Positions 27,111-42,019 are shown, counted from the first letter of the stretch. The stretch is 64,000 nt of DNA from Camelus dromedarius (GCF_036321535.1 NC_087436.1:42596001-42660000); one strand, 5' to 3'. Made by a program: numbers and translations. The notes: a model not told the origin generated them from the letters alone.

Positions 27111-30100
27111 AGCATAGGCAAGCCTCAATAAAATGTGTTTGAGATATTTACACAGGAATTTCTGTTCAGTATAGGAAACCAATCTGCTACATGTAATGTG
27201 GTGGGACAACACGGAAAGGTGCTCAGCACAGTATGAATCTGGTCCTCTATGTCCCAGCAGAGCGTAACAGTGGCAGAGAGTCTCTGTACTCTAGGACTAA
27301 GAGGAACCAGCCGAGTCCTCAGCTATGAGCTAAGGTGTGAAGGATTCAGGATCATAGGAGCCTGGGAGAGGAACAAGAGCAGGGAGGGTTGAAACTGGAG
27401 CTTATTGTAGGTGCTGACTCCTCCGTGTCAACTTTGAAAAAGTACCTGAGCAGCTCTGATCCCCCAAAGATGAACTTTGACCAAAAGAATCTTAGTAGCC
27501 AACAGAAAATCCCTGATACTGCTTGGGTTTGAGGACACATATTGGGATACACTAAAAGGTCAAAGCCTGCCTTTGTGAATGAGCTTCTTGGGATCCTTAG
27601 TAGAAAGATGCTTTGTATTCCTAGTTGTTAGTGTTTTTCACTATCTAGGTAAATTTCTGAGTCATTAGGCCAGATATTTTCTTCCCATATATCTGTTAGC
27701 TGTTCCAGAGGGTTATTCATGCCTGGCTATAATGGAACATATGTCTTGGGTACTGTTTAAATAAACATGTGGTAAATATTTTTCATATTTTTATGACTTC
27801 CATTTTAAGGAAAAACTTGGAAGTTCCAGCAGCACTGCCCATTGTGTATATGCCAGCCCTAAAATGAAGATCTGAGATCACTCATCTCCACTCCTTGCCA
27901 AATCTAACAAGAACGTTCCCTAGTGATTGTTGATGGTTTTCTACTTTGTGCTTGAAGGAGGGAGGAAAGCTCCACGACAGAGGTGGCATTCGGAATGGGC
28001 CTTTAACGGTGGAAGTGGTTCCAGAATAAAGATTCATTCTGAATAAAGTTACGGGAGTGATGTTGTTTGGGGTTTATTTGGAACAGTGGCAGAGTGGGCC
28101 CTTGTTACTTGAGTTTCTGAAAATTCACAATAATTTCAAGGCCTTCACATTCTGAGATGTCTTATACTTTGTGTATTTTGTAGGTAACTGGTTTTTTAGC
28201 AGCAGTATTATGTGATTGGGCTTTATTTATAGAATGTGGATCCCAAAGCTGCTTAGTAAATTAATTTGAGCTGAATGACATGAGAAGTGAGAAGAGGGGG
28301 TGAACATGTGAATTCAGAAGCTACTACCATTGATTGAGTAGGTCTTCAGGGCCCCCCAGGATTTGATCCTTCTTTGCCTTTATTGCACACTACTCATCCG
28401 TTATTTTCCAGTTAACCTTGACTGTTCCTGTGCTCTTCAAATTCAGCACATTTACCTAACAAGATTCCTTGTAGCCAGTCTTCCTCCTTCACTGTCTCAA
28501 CAGTTGAATTGTATTTCAAAGAAGTCAGGTCCTTGACACTTTCTCTAACCCGCTCCCACCATCATCCCTACAACTCCACATTCTAGAAGCATGACCTCTT
28601 ATATATTTCTTAACTCTAAAACCTCTAATTTCTGATTTGTAATACTTATATCTTTCTCAGAGTTCTGCTATAGTAGATAATGAATGAAAAGATTTTGAGC
28701 ATTCTTGTTTTTGAATTGCTGCAGTTTTAAGTTGGTAAAATTAATTTAACATTTTGCTTGCTTATAATAATTTATGTACATGAGTTATTGCTTCATCTAT
28801 ATTATAATTTAATTAAAAGTAGAAATTATATATTATTTTTGTTTCCACCACAGAGTTTTGTGTGCTGCTTTACACATTAGGACTTTAAGTCATGTTTTTA
28901 ATTTGAATTAAGTGACATTTTATAATTTTTAACAGTACATCTGTCTTGAATTGTGATCATTTGGGGGCTTCTGGGCAACACACCAATATCAGATACTTTA
29001 TTTTGTTGTAAGTTATTTGAGGGCAGATAGGCCGTGCTTTCCCATCTTTTAAACTCCTGGAAGATTTTCTTCCATATGGTAGGAACCAAATAAATATTTG
29101 ATGAACCAAAACATGAACACAGAAGAAGCAACTCTTGTATCATATAAGATGTTCTGAGACGCCAAAGAACTACATGTTGGCTTGCTTTTTTATGTAACTT
29201 AAAAGTGGTTTTTTTGTTTGTTTTACAACTTTCAAAATCCTTAGAAACGCTCACTAGTGCATCTTGCTTTCAGAATGTCGGGAGTGTTCCTATGTTGCTG
29301 TGTACATCACGTTTACATCTGGAAAGGAGGTATTCATTCTTTTTGGAAATACTTATCAGCTTCTACAATGTTCCTGGCTCTGTGAAGAGTGCAAAAGTTC
29401 CAATGTAGAATGAAATGGAAAGATCTATTTGTTCTTTGTTAATAAACCTTCAAAGGCTAATCAGCTGGAAGGCTGTCTCCTTTTTCTCTGAAACCTGGAG
29501 GTTTACTTCAGGAGGGCCTTGTAGAAACTAGAAAAGAAAAAGGAAGTCAGTTGTGTAGGGGCCCCTAAGAATCTTACTCCAAAAGTAATCTGCTTTAAAT
29601 ATACATGCCCAAATTCAAGAAGTATGTATGCAAACTGTCAAAATATTTGGATTTAACATGAAAAATGTTTTTCTCTTATTTTAAATTTGTAATCCATTTT
29701 GAATTTACTCTTTAATGTAACTTTTTCTTAGAGCCAATTCTAGGCCAAGTTTTAAGCCAGATAAAAATCCATCTTTGGTAACTCCTTTTCCTTTTCTAGG
29801 TCCCCTGTCTTTATCCCCACTTTCTAGGCATTCAGGATTATCCTGTTGCTTAATCCAGCAAGACCTGATTTACACTAAGGTTTTAGTGTCCTTTCGATGC
29901 GTTAATGTTCTTGTGTTCACAGACTTCAATGCAATAAAACCAAAAGTGGGGATGTGAGTATACATATGAATAGAAGATGTTAAAAACACACTAATATTTC
30001 ATTTGAAATAACCAAATACTTATTACATTCTTAGAGGTTTTTTGAAAATTTAATTTTGCTTCATTATTATTCTGCTTTTATGAACTGCAAAACAAAAATG

Positions 30101-32009
30101 GTTTGGTATTTGAGCTATAAAAAAAATGTCTTTACCTCTATGATTAATGACAGTGCCCTTCTAATTATTTTGAGATTAAAAAAGCATACAGTGAATCTGA
30201 TTATGTTTCTAAAGTAATATGTATTAGTTTTTTTAAAATAACTAATTCTGTGGTTAGATTATTTCAGAGTAGTATAAAAAGTAGTAACCAAGTTAGTTTT
30301 TTAATTGGTACATTATTTTTAATTCTAGCTATTAAAATTTTATCTTCTTTATATAGTAACATTCTCTAAACAATTCTCTATGTCTAGTGAAAAAATATTT
30401 TTCTGTATTTATAGGTTATAGTGAGGAAGATTATATTATTGTCTTTATTTTTTGCAGGGATTAAAGACACTATAATTGTTTATATTCCTTGCTTGATTTT
30501 AAGTGTATAAATCCCATAAAGCATCCTGCCCAACTTCTCATAAACTGTGACTAGTCAAAAAGTATCCGTTGTTAGCAATGTGTCTGTTTTTCAAGGTAAC
30601 TTTCCTCATTTGTAATAGTTAACTTTATTCCCTTCTTCACTCTGCCACGCCCCTATATTAAAACACTCATGCTACATACTATTTCAGTCATAGTATGCAC
30701 CAGGTGCTTTGCAGTGCAGCAAAAATACAGTGATGAAGAAGTTAGAAAAGGCCCTTGCCTCCGTGGAACTTATATTCTAGTTCCAGTGAGCAGCAAATAG
30801 AGAACAAATAGCCCAGTGAGTAAGATAACTTCAGATCATGCTGGACAGGAAATATACAGGTTGAGGTGATGGAGAATAATACTATCTAACATTCAGCCTT
30901 CACTCATGCATGCATTCGTTCCATTTATTTATTTGTTAAGTAGCTACTATATACGCCAGAAACTACAGACTCGAGCCCCTGTGTGTGAAGTGCTTAAAGC
31001 AGCTACCTAATGAAAGTTGTAGATGTGTTTCCAGAATGTTCTTCAGTTTCTTGTTTTTTTGCTGACCAAACCCAGTTGCTCTTTGGAATACATCTGCCTA
31101 CCGTGGTCTACATGCAAATGTCCTCTTTTTAAAAGGGTAGCAGATACGTTCTCTTTCTTTTAAATACCATCTGATCCATGAACATATAAGTAGACAAAAT
31201 TCATTCGTTTACTCATTCACTCATTTATTCATAGCCTTTATTTCAATGTGCTTGTAGGAAGTAGAAAACCAGAACTCAGACTCTACCCTCCAGTTAATTA
31301 TAAACCATGTGACATCATCTTTCTATCTACCCAGCCAGAATTAGAAGGCCCAAAGAACTTTCTGTCTTGCATATATTTCTATATATGTCTTGTCCTCCTT
31401 ACTTAGCTCTTTATTTCTCAGGTATCTTGGCATTCTTCATGATATCAAAAGTTGCATCTTACCCACAGAAATTGCTCATCTTTATTACATGAATGAGGAA
31501 AAGATCAGACTAAGTCAGAGCTGTTACCTATATGATCACTATATTTTTTCTAGGTTAGAGCGTCATATCTGGAATTTATTTACACTGTGAATTATGGTGA
31601 GGAGATAGTGGGCAGCACGTTTCCTAATGATTGGTTTTGTGTGATATTTCATTCCCTCAGTTGGTATCCTTAATTACATAAGTTTAGAAAGAATGTTCAA
31701 AATTCATTTTAAGTTTTCAGAGATACTGACTTTCAGAAGGAAAATAATATAAAATCCAGACACTCTAAGCTGTTATTTTAGGGGAAGTTTGAGAATCATG
31801 TTGTACACTTAGGATAAATGGGAGAGTAGAGAAAAGACTGAACAAGTTGTCAGAAAAAGGACAGAGAGGATTGCTGAGTCTGGTTTGCACTGAAAAACTG
31901 GTTTTGTTTGCTCTTACTTTCTTGGATCAATTCCTATTCCAGTATAGTAAGATAAACTCCAGGGTTTAGAATATACAATTTTAAATTGTTTATTGTTTTG
32001 AATCACTTA

Positions 32010-33900
32010 TGTGTTCTGAGGAGGGAAGTAAATAAAAAGTTTGCTTTGGGCCTTGTTAAGTATGAGGCACAGATTAGATGTTAGAGTGGAGTTGTCAAGC
32101 AAGCAATTAAATATAAGAAACTGGGGTTTGGAAGAGAGATTATGTATCTGTAGATGTAAGTGAAAGGCGTTTAAAAGCCATGATACTATATGGGATCCAA
32201 AGTTGAACCCAAGCACTCCACAGTTCAGAGGTCTAGTGGATGAGGGGTGTCAAAAGGATACTGAAAAGAAGCAGCCAGTGAAGTGGGAGGAAACCCAAGA
32301 GAGAGTGTTCTGGAAGCCAAGTGAAGAAAGTGGGTAAAGGAGAATCAAATGATCTACTTTGCCAATAGCTACTACTCACAGATCAAGTGAGAGGAGGACT
32401 GAGTATTGACCATTGGCTTTAAAAACGTGGAGGTCAGTGGTGATCTTTTAGTGGAGTGGTGGGTAGAAAAACCTATTAGAAATATGTTCAAAAGAAAGTG
32501 GGAGAAAACTAGGTGGAGGCAAGTGTCAACAAACATTTCAAGGGGTTTTGATGTAAAAGTGGCTAAGTGAAAAAATAGGGCAGTACCTAGAAAGGAAAGT
32601 AGAATCAAGAAAAGCTGTTTTGTAAGATGGAATAAATAATAGCAACATCACGTAAGCTGATGGAAATGGTTCCACAGAGAGGAAGAATTTGCTGTTGCTG
32701 AAGACAGTGTGACAGAATTGCTGGAGAGATGTTCATGAGTAGGCAAGAGAGGATGAGATCTAGTGTGCAAGGTGGGAGGTTGGCCTTAGCTTTGAACACT
32801 CAAAGGAAGGCAGAGTGTATGAGCTCAGAGGCAAGGGTAGTAGGTTGGCATGATTCTGTTTCCTTCATGAAATAAGAAGTAACTTAATGAGCTGAGAGTG
32901 AGGATGAGGGAATAACTGTTAAGAGAGTTGAGGGAAAAAGTATGGCATGTAAAGTTAATCTAGGAAAATGAGAGAGGTGATTAACAGGGAGAATAAAGTA
33001 GGACCGATGGTCAGCACTAAGGGCCCACTTGAGATTAATGATCATGACTTTAAAGTGAGACTAGTACACGTCATTGTAGGTTTGTTTTGTTTTGTTTTTT
33101 CTGGGAATGGCTTAGACAGAGAGTTGGATTTAGGTAGAATTAAGATTTTACCAAAAGTGTGATAGTTAGAAGGAAGGAAAGAGAGTTGCACACATGTGCA
33201 AGGAGGTAATTACAATGAAGGCACATGGGATTTAAACTAGGCAGTGGGTACAAGGATAGTGACAAGGTAGTAGAATACATTGATTGTTAGTCTCAGGGGG
33301 CACAGATTTTTTTTTTTAAATTAAGGTACCAGAAGGAATGAGTCAAAGAAAAAAAAAAAGGAGTCAGTGATCAGAGAATTAGGTGTTTGAAATTGTGATT
33401 ACAGTGAGGTTTCCAAAAATGGTGATGATAAGATCTTCTAGGATGTGATCACAGGAGTTGGTAGCTGGGGAGACAAGATCATGGGAGGAGAGGATGTAAA
33501 GGAACCAAGTTTAAAGAGTTGGAGGATCATTCGTGTAGATCTTGAAGTTGAGTTGAGTGTTTTACAATAAACAAAGAGCCAAAATCTTCAAAAACTGAAG
33601 AAGAAGAATGGTATGAAAAAATGACATACAGTATCTTCTATCGTCTGATAACATGAGATTCAAAGTTTGAGTTTATAGAGAGGAGAAAGAGAATTGTTTG
33701 GAAGTAGCAATGAAATGCAAGTAGGGTATTTACCCAATTTTCGGGCCTGGTGGTGTGGAAGAGAGACGAGCCATTGCTTGAGAGAGCTGGAGAGGCTGGA
33801 GTGTTGTCAGAAGAGAGCCGGTTTTCAGTGGCAACAAGAAGATAAAGATCATGTTCAAAAGTGTGAAAAAGAACTTTGCTTATGACTGCTCCAGAGGACA
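32010..33900 (-). mobile_element. Long L2 fragment(s)
   Basis: Purine-rich L2 ORF2-derived sequence (GAGTATTGACCATTGGCTTTAAAAACGTGGAGGTCAGTGGTGATCTT, GAAGCCAAGTGAAGAAAG). Boundaries approximate. Confidence 0.6.
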
Positions 33901-36879
33901 CAGTGTGTTGGGGAGGAGTTGGAAATGGGAGTGAAAACGAGGAAGGAATATACAGATGCTTAGTGGTATCAGAGACTGAGATGTTTGGAGACCCAGGTTT
34001 TATCTGGGATGTGACTTAAATAGAAATAAAGAACCAAATGGAACTGGAGCTGAGCCACAGCGTGGTGGGGACCTGTCAGGATTGTAGGAGGGTTCTTACC
34101 AATGGTCTGCAGAGCTGAGAATATACTATCGGAAAACAAGTGTATTTGGCAAATGAGACTGTAGTTTTGATGTTCTAAGTGGAAAGGTAGAATGTGAGTA
34201 AGAACAGAATCTTAACTTTTGTTAGAAAATTCGCTTTGGCTCATTTACAAATTGATGATATTCTGTAGAAACAGAATAGCACAATTGGCCTCCTTCTCTA
34301 TGCTTCCTTGCTTTGGTTATCTCATTAATTGCTTTTGCCTCCTCTTTTCACTTAATCTTGGATCACTGTAGGTCCAAGAGGAGAGTAAAGTTATTAATGA
34401 ACAGGAAAAATTCACTCTTATTACTTATCCTCTTGCTCAAAAACTTGAATTTGGGCCAAAGCAAAGGAAGCTGAGCTATTGACAGTCTTCACTTTTATGG
34501 ATATTTATTTATACTTCTACTGGCTACAGTTAGTAGACTCAGAAACATGTGTGGACCATATTGGAAAATCACACTGAAAAGCAGTCCTTAATTGCTAATA
34601 CTTAATTGAGTGATATTTGACTTTTAAGTTTTCATGATTCAGAGTGTGATATTTGAGTTTTCAGCCACCACATTTAAAATGCACCTTTTTCTTAGAAAAA
34701 GAATAAGTACATAGACCAGGTAAATTGTTTATTAATCTAAAATATAAATTTTCATATGGTATAGAATGCTATTGTGTTGGCATAACTGCTGCATTTATTC
34801 TCTGCTTGAATGGAAACCAAATTATAAGCAGAAACTGGTTAGTGAGCCTAGACCTGGTGGACAGGCTAATGATTCTAATGTTTTATGGCTTCCAAAATTG
34901 ATTTTTGTTTATTGCAAACAACTTAGAATTAAAAAATTAGCAGGTACCCCCAACATATGTGTATATATTTATTTAATCATACATTAAATATATAAATAAT
35001 ATTTAATATGCATTATAAGAAATAATACACCCAAAACCAGAAATTTAATAAAAATTTAAAAATATATACAGTGTTTCTAATATTTTCTTTCTGCCTTCTA
35101 CCTGCTCTGAGGTGGAGACATCTGGTTTAGAGACCCCTAACCAGGTCCTTGCATCTTTGCTATAGACATAAACTTGTCACAATAACTAGGCAGATAGAGT
35201 TGAATAGCCGAGGCACCCAAATGACAGAGCAGTCTCGGAGACACAAAAATAGACTGCCCCTTTGACTTCTTTTTCTGGGTCACTTGCAGATTATTGGTCC
35301 TCATTCTGAGTTACACATTCCTTTTTATATAGGTGCTAATGTCATTGGTAATTAACAGTGGATGTCTCCGCCAAGCGACTTCGATACATACTAAAATTCT
35401 CCCCTAATCTGGTTAATTTTGTAGTCTAATTCTTTCCTCTGAGTTTGTGAGGATACTGTTCTCACGCACCACTTTGCAGCATCCCACACTGCTGCATTGT
35501 GTGCAGTGAAGCTAGTCCTCAGTCTGTAGAACTTCCTCTGATTGACCAGACATTGTCAAAAGTGAGGTCTATGACGTTGGCTTCTAGTGTTCCCTCCCTT
35601 ATAGCTGCGCTCCCCTGCCCCACTGTGTAGTGCCCTCTTGGTATACCTGATTGCCTAGTCCTGCCCTTTATGGACAGCACCTGAGTTCCATGCCCATCTC
35701 TCCTACATCCAATATTTTGAAATTTTATGCCTCCCTATTCCTTACTAGAGGAACTTTTTCTTGCTATAACTTGAAAGCTAGAAGAACTTGAAAACTTTAG
35801 AGTTCTATTTGCAAAGTTGTATCAGCAGACACTCCAGTTAGCTGGTTTTTCCTATCCTTTTACCACATGAAACCCTTTCCTATATCCTCAACCCTGGCTT
35901 TGCCTGCCATATTGAGCTACTTAGAATTCCACCATTGTGCCTGTTCACATCATTTAGTCTCTGCTTGAAAGTTTTTTCCTACCCTCTTCACCTTTCTATT
36001 CTGATATTCAAATCTCATCTTAAATATTTCCCTAGAGAATATTTCTTTGAACTTTCTTGAAATGTGAACATTTGAGTTTCCATATCACACTGTCATCACC
36101 CCTCTTTAAGCACTTAACATATGGAATTTAAATTTACCTTATCTTTTATTATTTGGCTATAAACTCCTTGAGATAAGCCACTCTATCTTGTTCACCTTTG
36201 TTTAAGCAGCACCTTCATTAAGGAGAGAGGGAGGGAGGGGAAGAGACTGGAAGGGAAGGAGAAAGTTAATTATAAAACTGAGGAAAACTAAAGAGCGCTG
36301 GGTCTTCCATCTTTAAACAGACAAGTAAATATTTGCTGGAAATCTTTCATAATATGAAACATAGGGACATAAATTTGAAGCTTTATAGTTATAACATAAA
36401 ATAAAAACAAATTATCTTTGTTCCAAGCTATTTGTCTCAATCTTCCTGCCTAATTTACATCTTATGGTGCTTTTAGAATTTTATGCCACTTTGATATGCA
36501 AATTTCAAACACATACATTGCTCTGGGAATGTATTTCATATTTTATTGATTATAAGATGCCATTAATAGTCAAGAACCCAATGTATTAAATACAATTATA
36601 TTAAATATGCAAGTTAATTTTAAAATTCTAAAAAATTTTGGAATTGTTAAGCTATGAAAAATGTGCATTTTAAAATTGAGGATTATGGTACTATTACTAA
36701 CAGTAAAATCTAAGTTATTGACTGCTTACAAAAAGCCAAGTACTTTACATAAGTTATAATACTTAATTTTCAAAACAACCCTAGTAAATTCTATAACTAG
36801 AAACTAAATGCACAGCGTTCCCATTGCTAATAAGCCCTGGAAGTAAAATTTGACTCTAGACAGTCTTACTCTAGAGAAA

Positions 36880-37035
36880 TACAGTCCAATAGAACTTTCA
36901 TTCAATGATATAAATATTCTCTATCTGTGTTACCCAGTATGGTAGCTACTAGCCACATGTGGCTATTGAAAACTTGGAATGTGGCTAAAATATCTGAGAA
37001 ACTGACTTTTAATCTAGTTTAGTTACTTTTAATAT
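36880..37035 (+). mobile_element. MER3-like hAT-Charlie MITE fragment
   Basis: GTCCAATAGAACTTTC...GGTAGCTACTAGCCACATGTGGCTATTGAAAACTTGGAATGTGGCTA. Confidence 0.75.
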
Positions 37036-37039
37036 AAAT

Positions 37040-37397
37040 AGATGCAGAGAAAGAGAGAAGTTTATTTTAAGGAATTGACTCACACAGTTGTGGAGATTGG
37101 CAAATCCAAAATCTACAAGGTAGGCCAGCAGGCTGTGGTGCCTGCAGTTCAAGTCTGAAGGCAGAATACTGGAAAATTTCCCTTCTTCAGAGGACATCAG
37201 TCTTCTTTTTTTTATTAAGGCCTTCAGCTGATTGGAATATGCCTACCCACATTATGGAGGACAATCTGGTTCACTTAGTCTGCTGATTTAAATGTTAATC
37301 TCATTTTAAAAATATTTTCATGGAAACATCTAGAGTATTATACCAAATATCAGGGTACCATGGCCTAGCCAAGTTGACATAAAAGTTAATCATTACA
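37040..37397 (-). mobile_element. MLT2-family (ERVL) LTR fragment
   Basis: Minus strand begins TGTAATGATTAACTTTTATGTCAACTTGGCTAGGCCATGG; the + strand has AAGGAATTGACTCACACAGTTGTGGAG, both characteristic of MLT2. Confidence 0.8.
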
Positions 37398-40300
37398 TGG
37401 TTCACTCAACATTTTAGTATGTAGTACATAAACTGCATTGTTCCTTGGAGTACACTAGAAAGGAATTTGGTACTCCATTGGAATGGCTTTCATAAAATCA
37501 AACAAAACTGACATGGTTAATAAATTACCAGATAGAACATTCTAACTTAATGTTACATTGTTCCAGAATATTCTAAAATTCTTTGATGCTATCTAATTAT
37601 CAACTACTACTTCCTTATTTTCTATAGTATATGAGTAAAAGTATGAAAACCACTTTAAATGTTATCATTTCCCCATAGTGAAAATATAACAGTGGTTGAT
37701 GGGAGTTGACTTTACCATTCCTTCCATCAAACACCTACAGAACTGTCTAATATATTTGGGGGAAAAAAAGCATAACCTAGAGCTGATGGGATTATGTTAC
37801 ATATGCCATAATTAAACATGGAACAACAGCTAATCATAAAAGAATAATTAGAATATTTGTAATAATCCTACTGTTTACATTTCAAACATGAAAATTGAGT
37901 GTTAAATTGTACTTCTTCACTGATTACAAACTCAGTAATTGGAACTATGTAAAATTGAGTAACAGTGTTTGATTTTCCTCACAAACTATAATGTTAATAT
38001 GGCCCTTTTTCACATTTAAATGAGGAAGGTGGATCACAGGGAAGAAAACATCGGTCCTGTTCATGTGCAAGCATAATGGTTGTCGTTTGGTTTTTTCTTA
38101 GAACTCTTTGAGAATTCATTGATATTTGTCTATTTGTTTAGACTCATCATCCACCTGAAGTTTTCACCAATGCAGCCCATTCCTGGTTGTTGTCCACCAG
38201 GCTATCTGTGTGTGGCTGTTTTGAAAGATGAAATTTTATGTTGCATTTGGTTTAGAAACTGCTGTGCGCAGCCTTTATTTTAGTACTTTGCAAAATGGAA
38301 AGCTGGACTCAAAGTGACTGCAGCTTTCTGACTATAAGAAGAAAAGCTATACCATGTGGTGGGTTTAATTAACACAAAGCTGGTGAAATTATTCCTAGAA
38401 TGATGGGTTAATAATCACTTAGCTGGTGGCTTGGAATACAGCCTGGATGAGCAAGCCTGTGTAATCAGCTTTGTGGTTAACCTATCTTGTTGGTTAAAAG
38501 TTACATTCCTGGTAGATCAAACAAATTTTGTAGTTTCAGGTGAATAACTCTGAGAACCTCTTGCCCCTTCTCAAAAAACATTAAATAGAGGGACAGTCAT
38601 TCAAGATAATAAGAAAAAGTGTAGGTAAACTAAAAGAATCTTCCCTAAATCCTTTGCACACACCTCCCAACCCCCCAGGTCTCCTAACAGCCTGATTCTT
38701 TGTGCTCTTCCTTCTGTTACTGGAATGAGTAATTCTCAGCACCATTTATGGAAGTTTGCAAAGCACTTGTGTCAACAGGATTCTTTTCTCTCAAGGCTTG
38801 TCATCAAATACCATGGTTTTCTATAGTTTCTTTTCATTTTAAACAAAGATGACTCGAAGTTTAAAGCTTATAATTTTTCTTTCTATACTCTGGTTTCCCA
38901 GCAGTTTCACAGTTATGGTCATTTAAAAACTGTATGTTAGTACATCTATTTCAGAGAATTTTAAACAATATTCTGCTCTCTCTCTTTGATGTATCAAATT
39001 CAGCTCCATACAATGGTCCACACAGTCCAGCCATCCCATTTTGTGCAGTAAACCCAAGATGTCATTATTGGTACCATTGCTTGTCGATGGCCCAGATTAA
39101 ATTGTTCAAGAATGTAAATGTGACATTTGCGGTTATCCTAGACCTCAGGGGTATTTAAAAAAAAATTTAAACTTAATTCTTATTCTAAAATGTGATCATG
39201 TACATTAAGTACTTACCAGACTGACTTTCTCATCGTCGACCTTCAAAACAGGCCATGGTCATAACTCATGTCCCAACATGGACTTACATTTGATGTGGAC
39301 TTCTATGCTAAGTCTGTGCCACTTTTTAGTTAGCCTCTGAAGAAACTTATAGGCCTCTGGATTCTTTATGATTTTTCTCCTTAAACAAAGTTTTCATTTT
39401 GGGAGAATTCAGTCTAGCTTTCAGCTTTCAATTGCTGGTAAGTTCCTAACTCATAGAATGTTAGAACTGAAAGACCCTAGAGACTCCCTAATGCCAGACT
39501 CCCTATTTTATATAAAAAGTTTTACAGTTTTTTTGGAAGGGTTTTCCTGATGTTGTCTAGTATATTTCTTTATGTGTATCACCAATGCTTAGTGTAACCT
39601 GTTTCTGCAAATGTATCAATAGGCTACACTGCACAGGGATTTTGAGAACTGATCCTGGATAATTTTTATGTTTGCTACCTTGTTTTATGAATGTATACTT
39701 TAAGTATGCTCACCTGTACCTAGTAACTACTGAACATTTTTATAGAGAATATTTTATGAGATTTGAACATTCATGTAAACATGAACATTCTGTGGAAGCC
39801 TTTTCATCCATACTGAAACTGCCCTCTTATAAGAGCTAGAGAATAATTATGATCTTTAGCAAAGTAGTAGTATTGATTTTTATAACTAACTCTCAGAAGC
39901 TAGCTGTTGGCTTTGTATGAGGGAGTACCAAGTTACTTTCACTTTTATTAAAATACAAAGGGGTATATAGAACAAAGTGTTCAGTACACAGAAGAAAGTG
40001 CCTCCTTTCCTTAGAACAGCATGTTTCTAGTTCCTACTAGAAATCTTTAATAAAACATGACAATACTCACTTTACAGAGCAAGATTCCTGTTAGATGCAA
40101 AACTATTTCAATACCCACCTCTTTGAGAGGGATCTACAGGACTCCGTCTTACCCCACCTTACTTAATAATGATTACTAAACTTGTATAATATTTAATTCT
40201 TTATAAAGGGCCCTTATACATATTATCTTATTTAACTTTCACAACAACCTGAAGAGAAAGGCAAGTGTAATGACTATGACCATATTAAGTGAAGTCAGAT

Positions 40301-40719
40301 GTCCCTTGGAGCAGACATTTAGTTACCCATGATCCATAGTCAGGGCTGGCCAAGGACACTCCTGTCATTTCTTTGCCTTTCTCGGGTTGTCTCCTGCATT
40401 TCCCCATCTTCTAGCTTCCTCCCCTGGTCACACTGAGCTATGAACCTCTGCCCTCTCTTTTCTCTGCAAGATTCTTAGTGCTTTCCTGAAGCATTACTAA
40501 CTTTTCTGAAAACATGGGGTCATGTTGTATAGCAATAGGTTTCTGCCATCTTTCTGGCTCTCCACCTCACAAACTACACCTTCCCAAAGCCCACAGACGT
40601 CAGACATGCCTTGACCCTCATACAAGAAGGGTAAGTGTTGGACCCAAATGATAGAGCATGACCTGAAAGTTTGTTCTGAAGACAGAATCAGGGCTCCACT
40701 TGTTACTTTAACAATATCA

Positions 40720-40870
40720 ACAATAATCATTTGTTTAGCATATTATAGTTCATAGAGACATTTTATTTATGTTAACTCATTTTAATATCTTTAATAATCC
40801 CCTCAGGTAAGTATTATTGTTCCATTTTAAAGAAGCAGATGTGGATATTGGAGAATTAACTTAACTAAGG
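40720..40870 (-). mobile_element. MIR fragment
   Basis: CTCATTTTAATATCTTTAATAATCCCCTCAGGTAAGTATTATTGTTCCATTTTAAAGAAG resembles the MIR core in reverse complement. Confidence 0.55.
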
Positions 40871-41472
40871 CAGTGCCTATTTGTTATCACTTGACTTTAC
40901 CCTTTCCTTTGAGATTTCATTTACCTAAAATTGATTTAATCTCCTAACCCACACCTTGTGGGAAGTCCAGTAGTACCCCAAGGATTTCTGTTAATTACTA
41001 GAGGTTCAGAGTCTCATGGTCACCTCTTCCTACAGCTGAGTCCTTGATCGCATCTAAATCTCTTCTTCTTGCCTGGACATTATACCACTTAGCTTCAGTG
41101 CAACCCAGACACGAAAAATAGTCAGTTAGTCAGTTATTTATTTGTTTGTTTGTTTGTTTGTTTGTTTTACTTCTCATAAAAACCAAAGCCAGCTACTCCA
41201 AAAATTGAAGGAAGCAATATAGAAATTTTTTACCACTGACATGAAAATCCATACTACCCAGACAATCCATACTATTTTGACTTTCAATAGTAACTTTTTC
41301 ATTTTGCTAGAGAGTTAATAATGTATTCAGTATTGGAATTTTTACTCCTAATCTCATGTTCTTTTTTCCACAAAATACTATTTCATAGAATTAGTTGTTA
41401 TTTCAGTTTGATAATGATCGATATCTATTCAGAAAATTTTAATCATACAATAATTCAGAGAATATTAAGACA

Positions 41473-41940
41473 TCAGTGTTTCTCAAAACTTTTTGGCCTC
41501 AGGGCCCTTTTGCACTCTCGAAAATCATAAAGGACCCCAAGGAGCTTTTGCTTATATGAGTTAAAATTATTGTTTTTGACCATAAAAGAAATTAAAACTG
41601 AGTATTTCTTTAAATATTTATTTATTTATTCATTTAAAAATAATAACAAACCAATTACATGTTAACATAAATAAGGTATTTTTATGACTATAACTATATT
41701 TAAAATAGTAGTGAGCAGGGTAGCATTATTTTTCATTTTTCTAATGTCTTTAATGGCTAGCTTAATAGAAGATAATTGAGTTTTCATTGTTGTTGTATTT
41801 GAAGTATGTGATGAAAATTCAGCTTCATAGAGGTATATAAATGGAAAAGCAAGATGTATTTGAGTCATGTTTTCAGATATATGTGAATATTCTTTTTGAT
41901 TACTACACCAAAATTTGACAATGGTAGTTATTTAGAGATT
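41473..41940 (+). mobile_element. Charlie1-like hAT DNA transposon end fragment
   Basis: CAGTGTTTCTCAAAACTTTTTGGCCTCAGGGCCCTTTTGCACTCTCGAAAATCATAAAGGACCCCAAGGAGCTTTTG resembles the Charlie1 terminus. Confidence 0.7.
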
Positions 41941-42019
41941 CTTACTCATTATTAGGTGAGACCAGACAACAACTAAAGGTTGGGAAATGTGTTAACCCCA
42001 TTGAACTCTGTTTTTTTCT

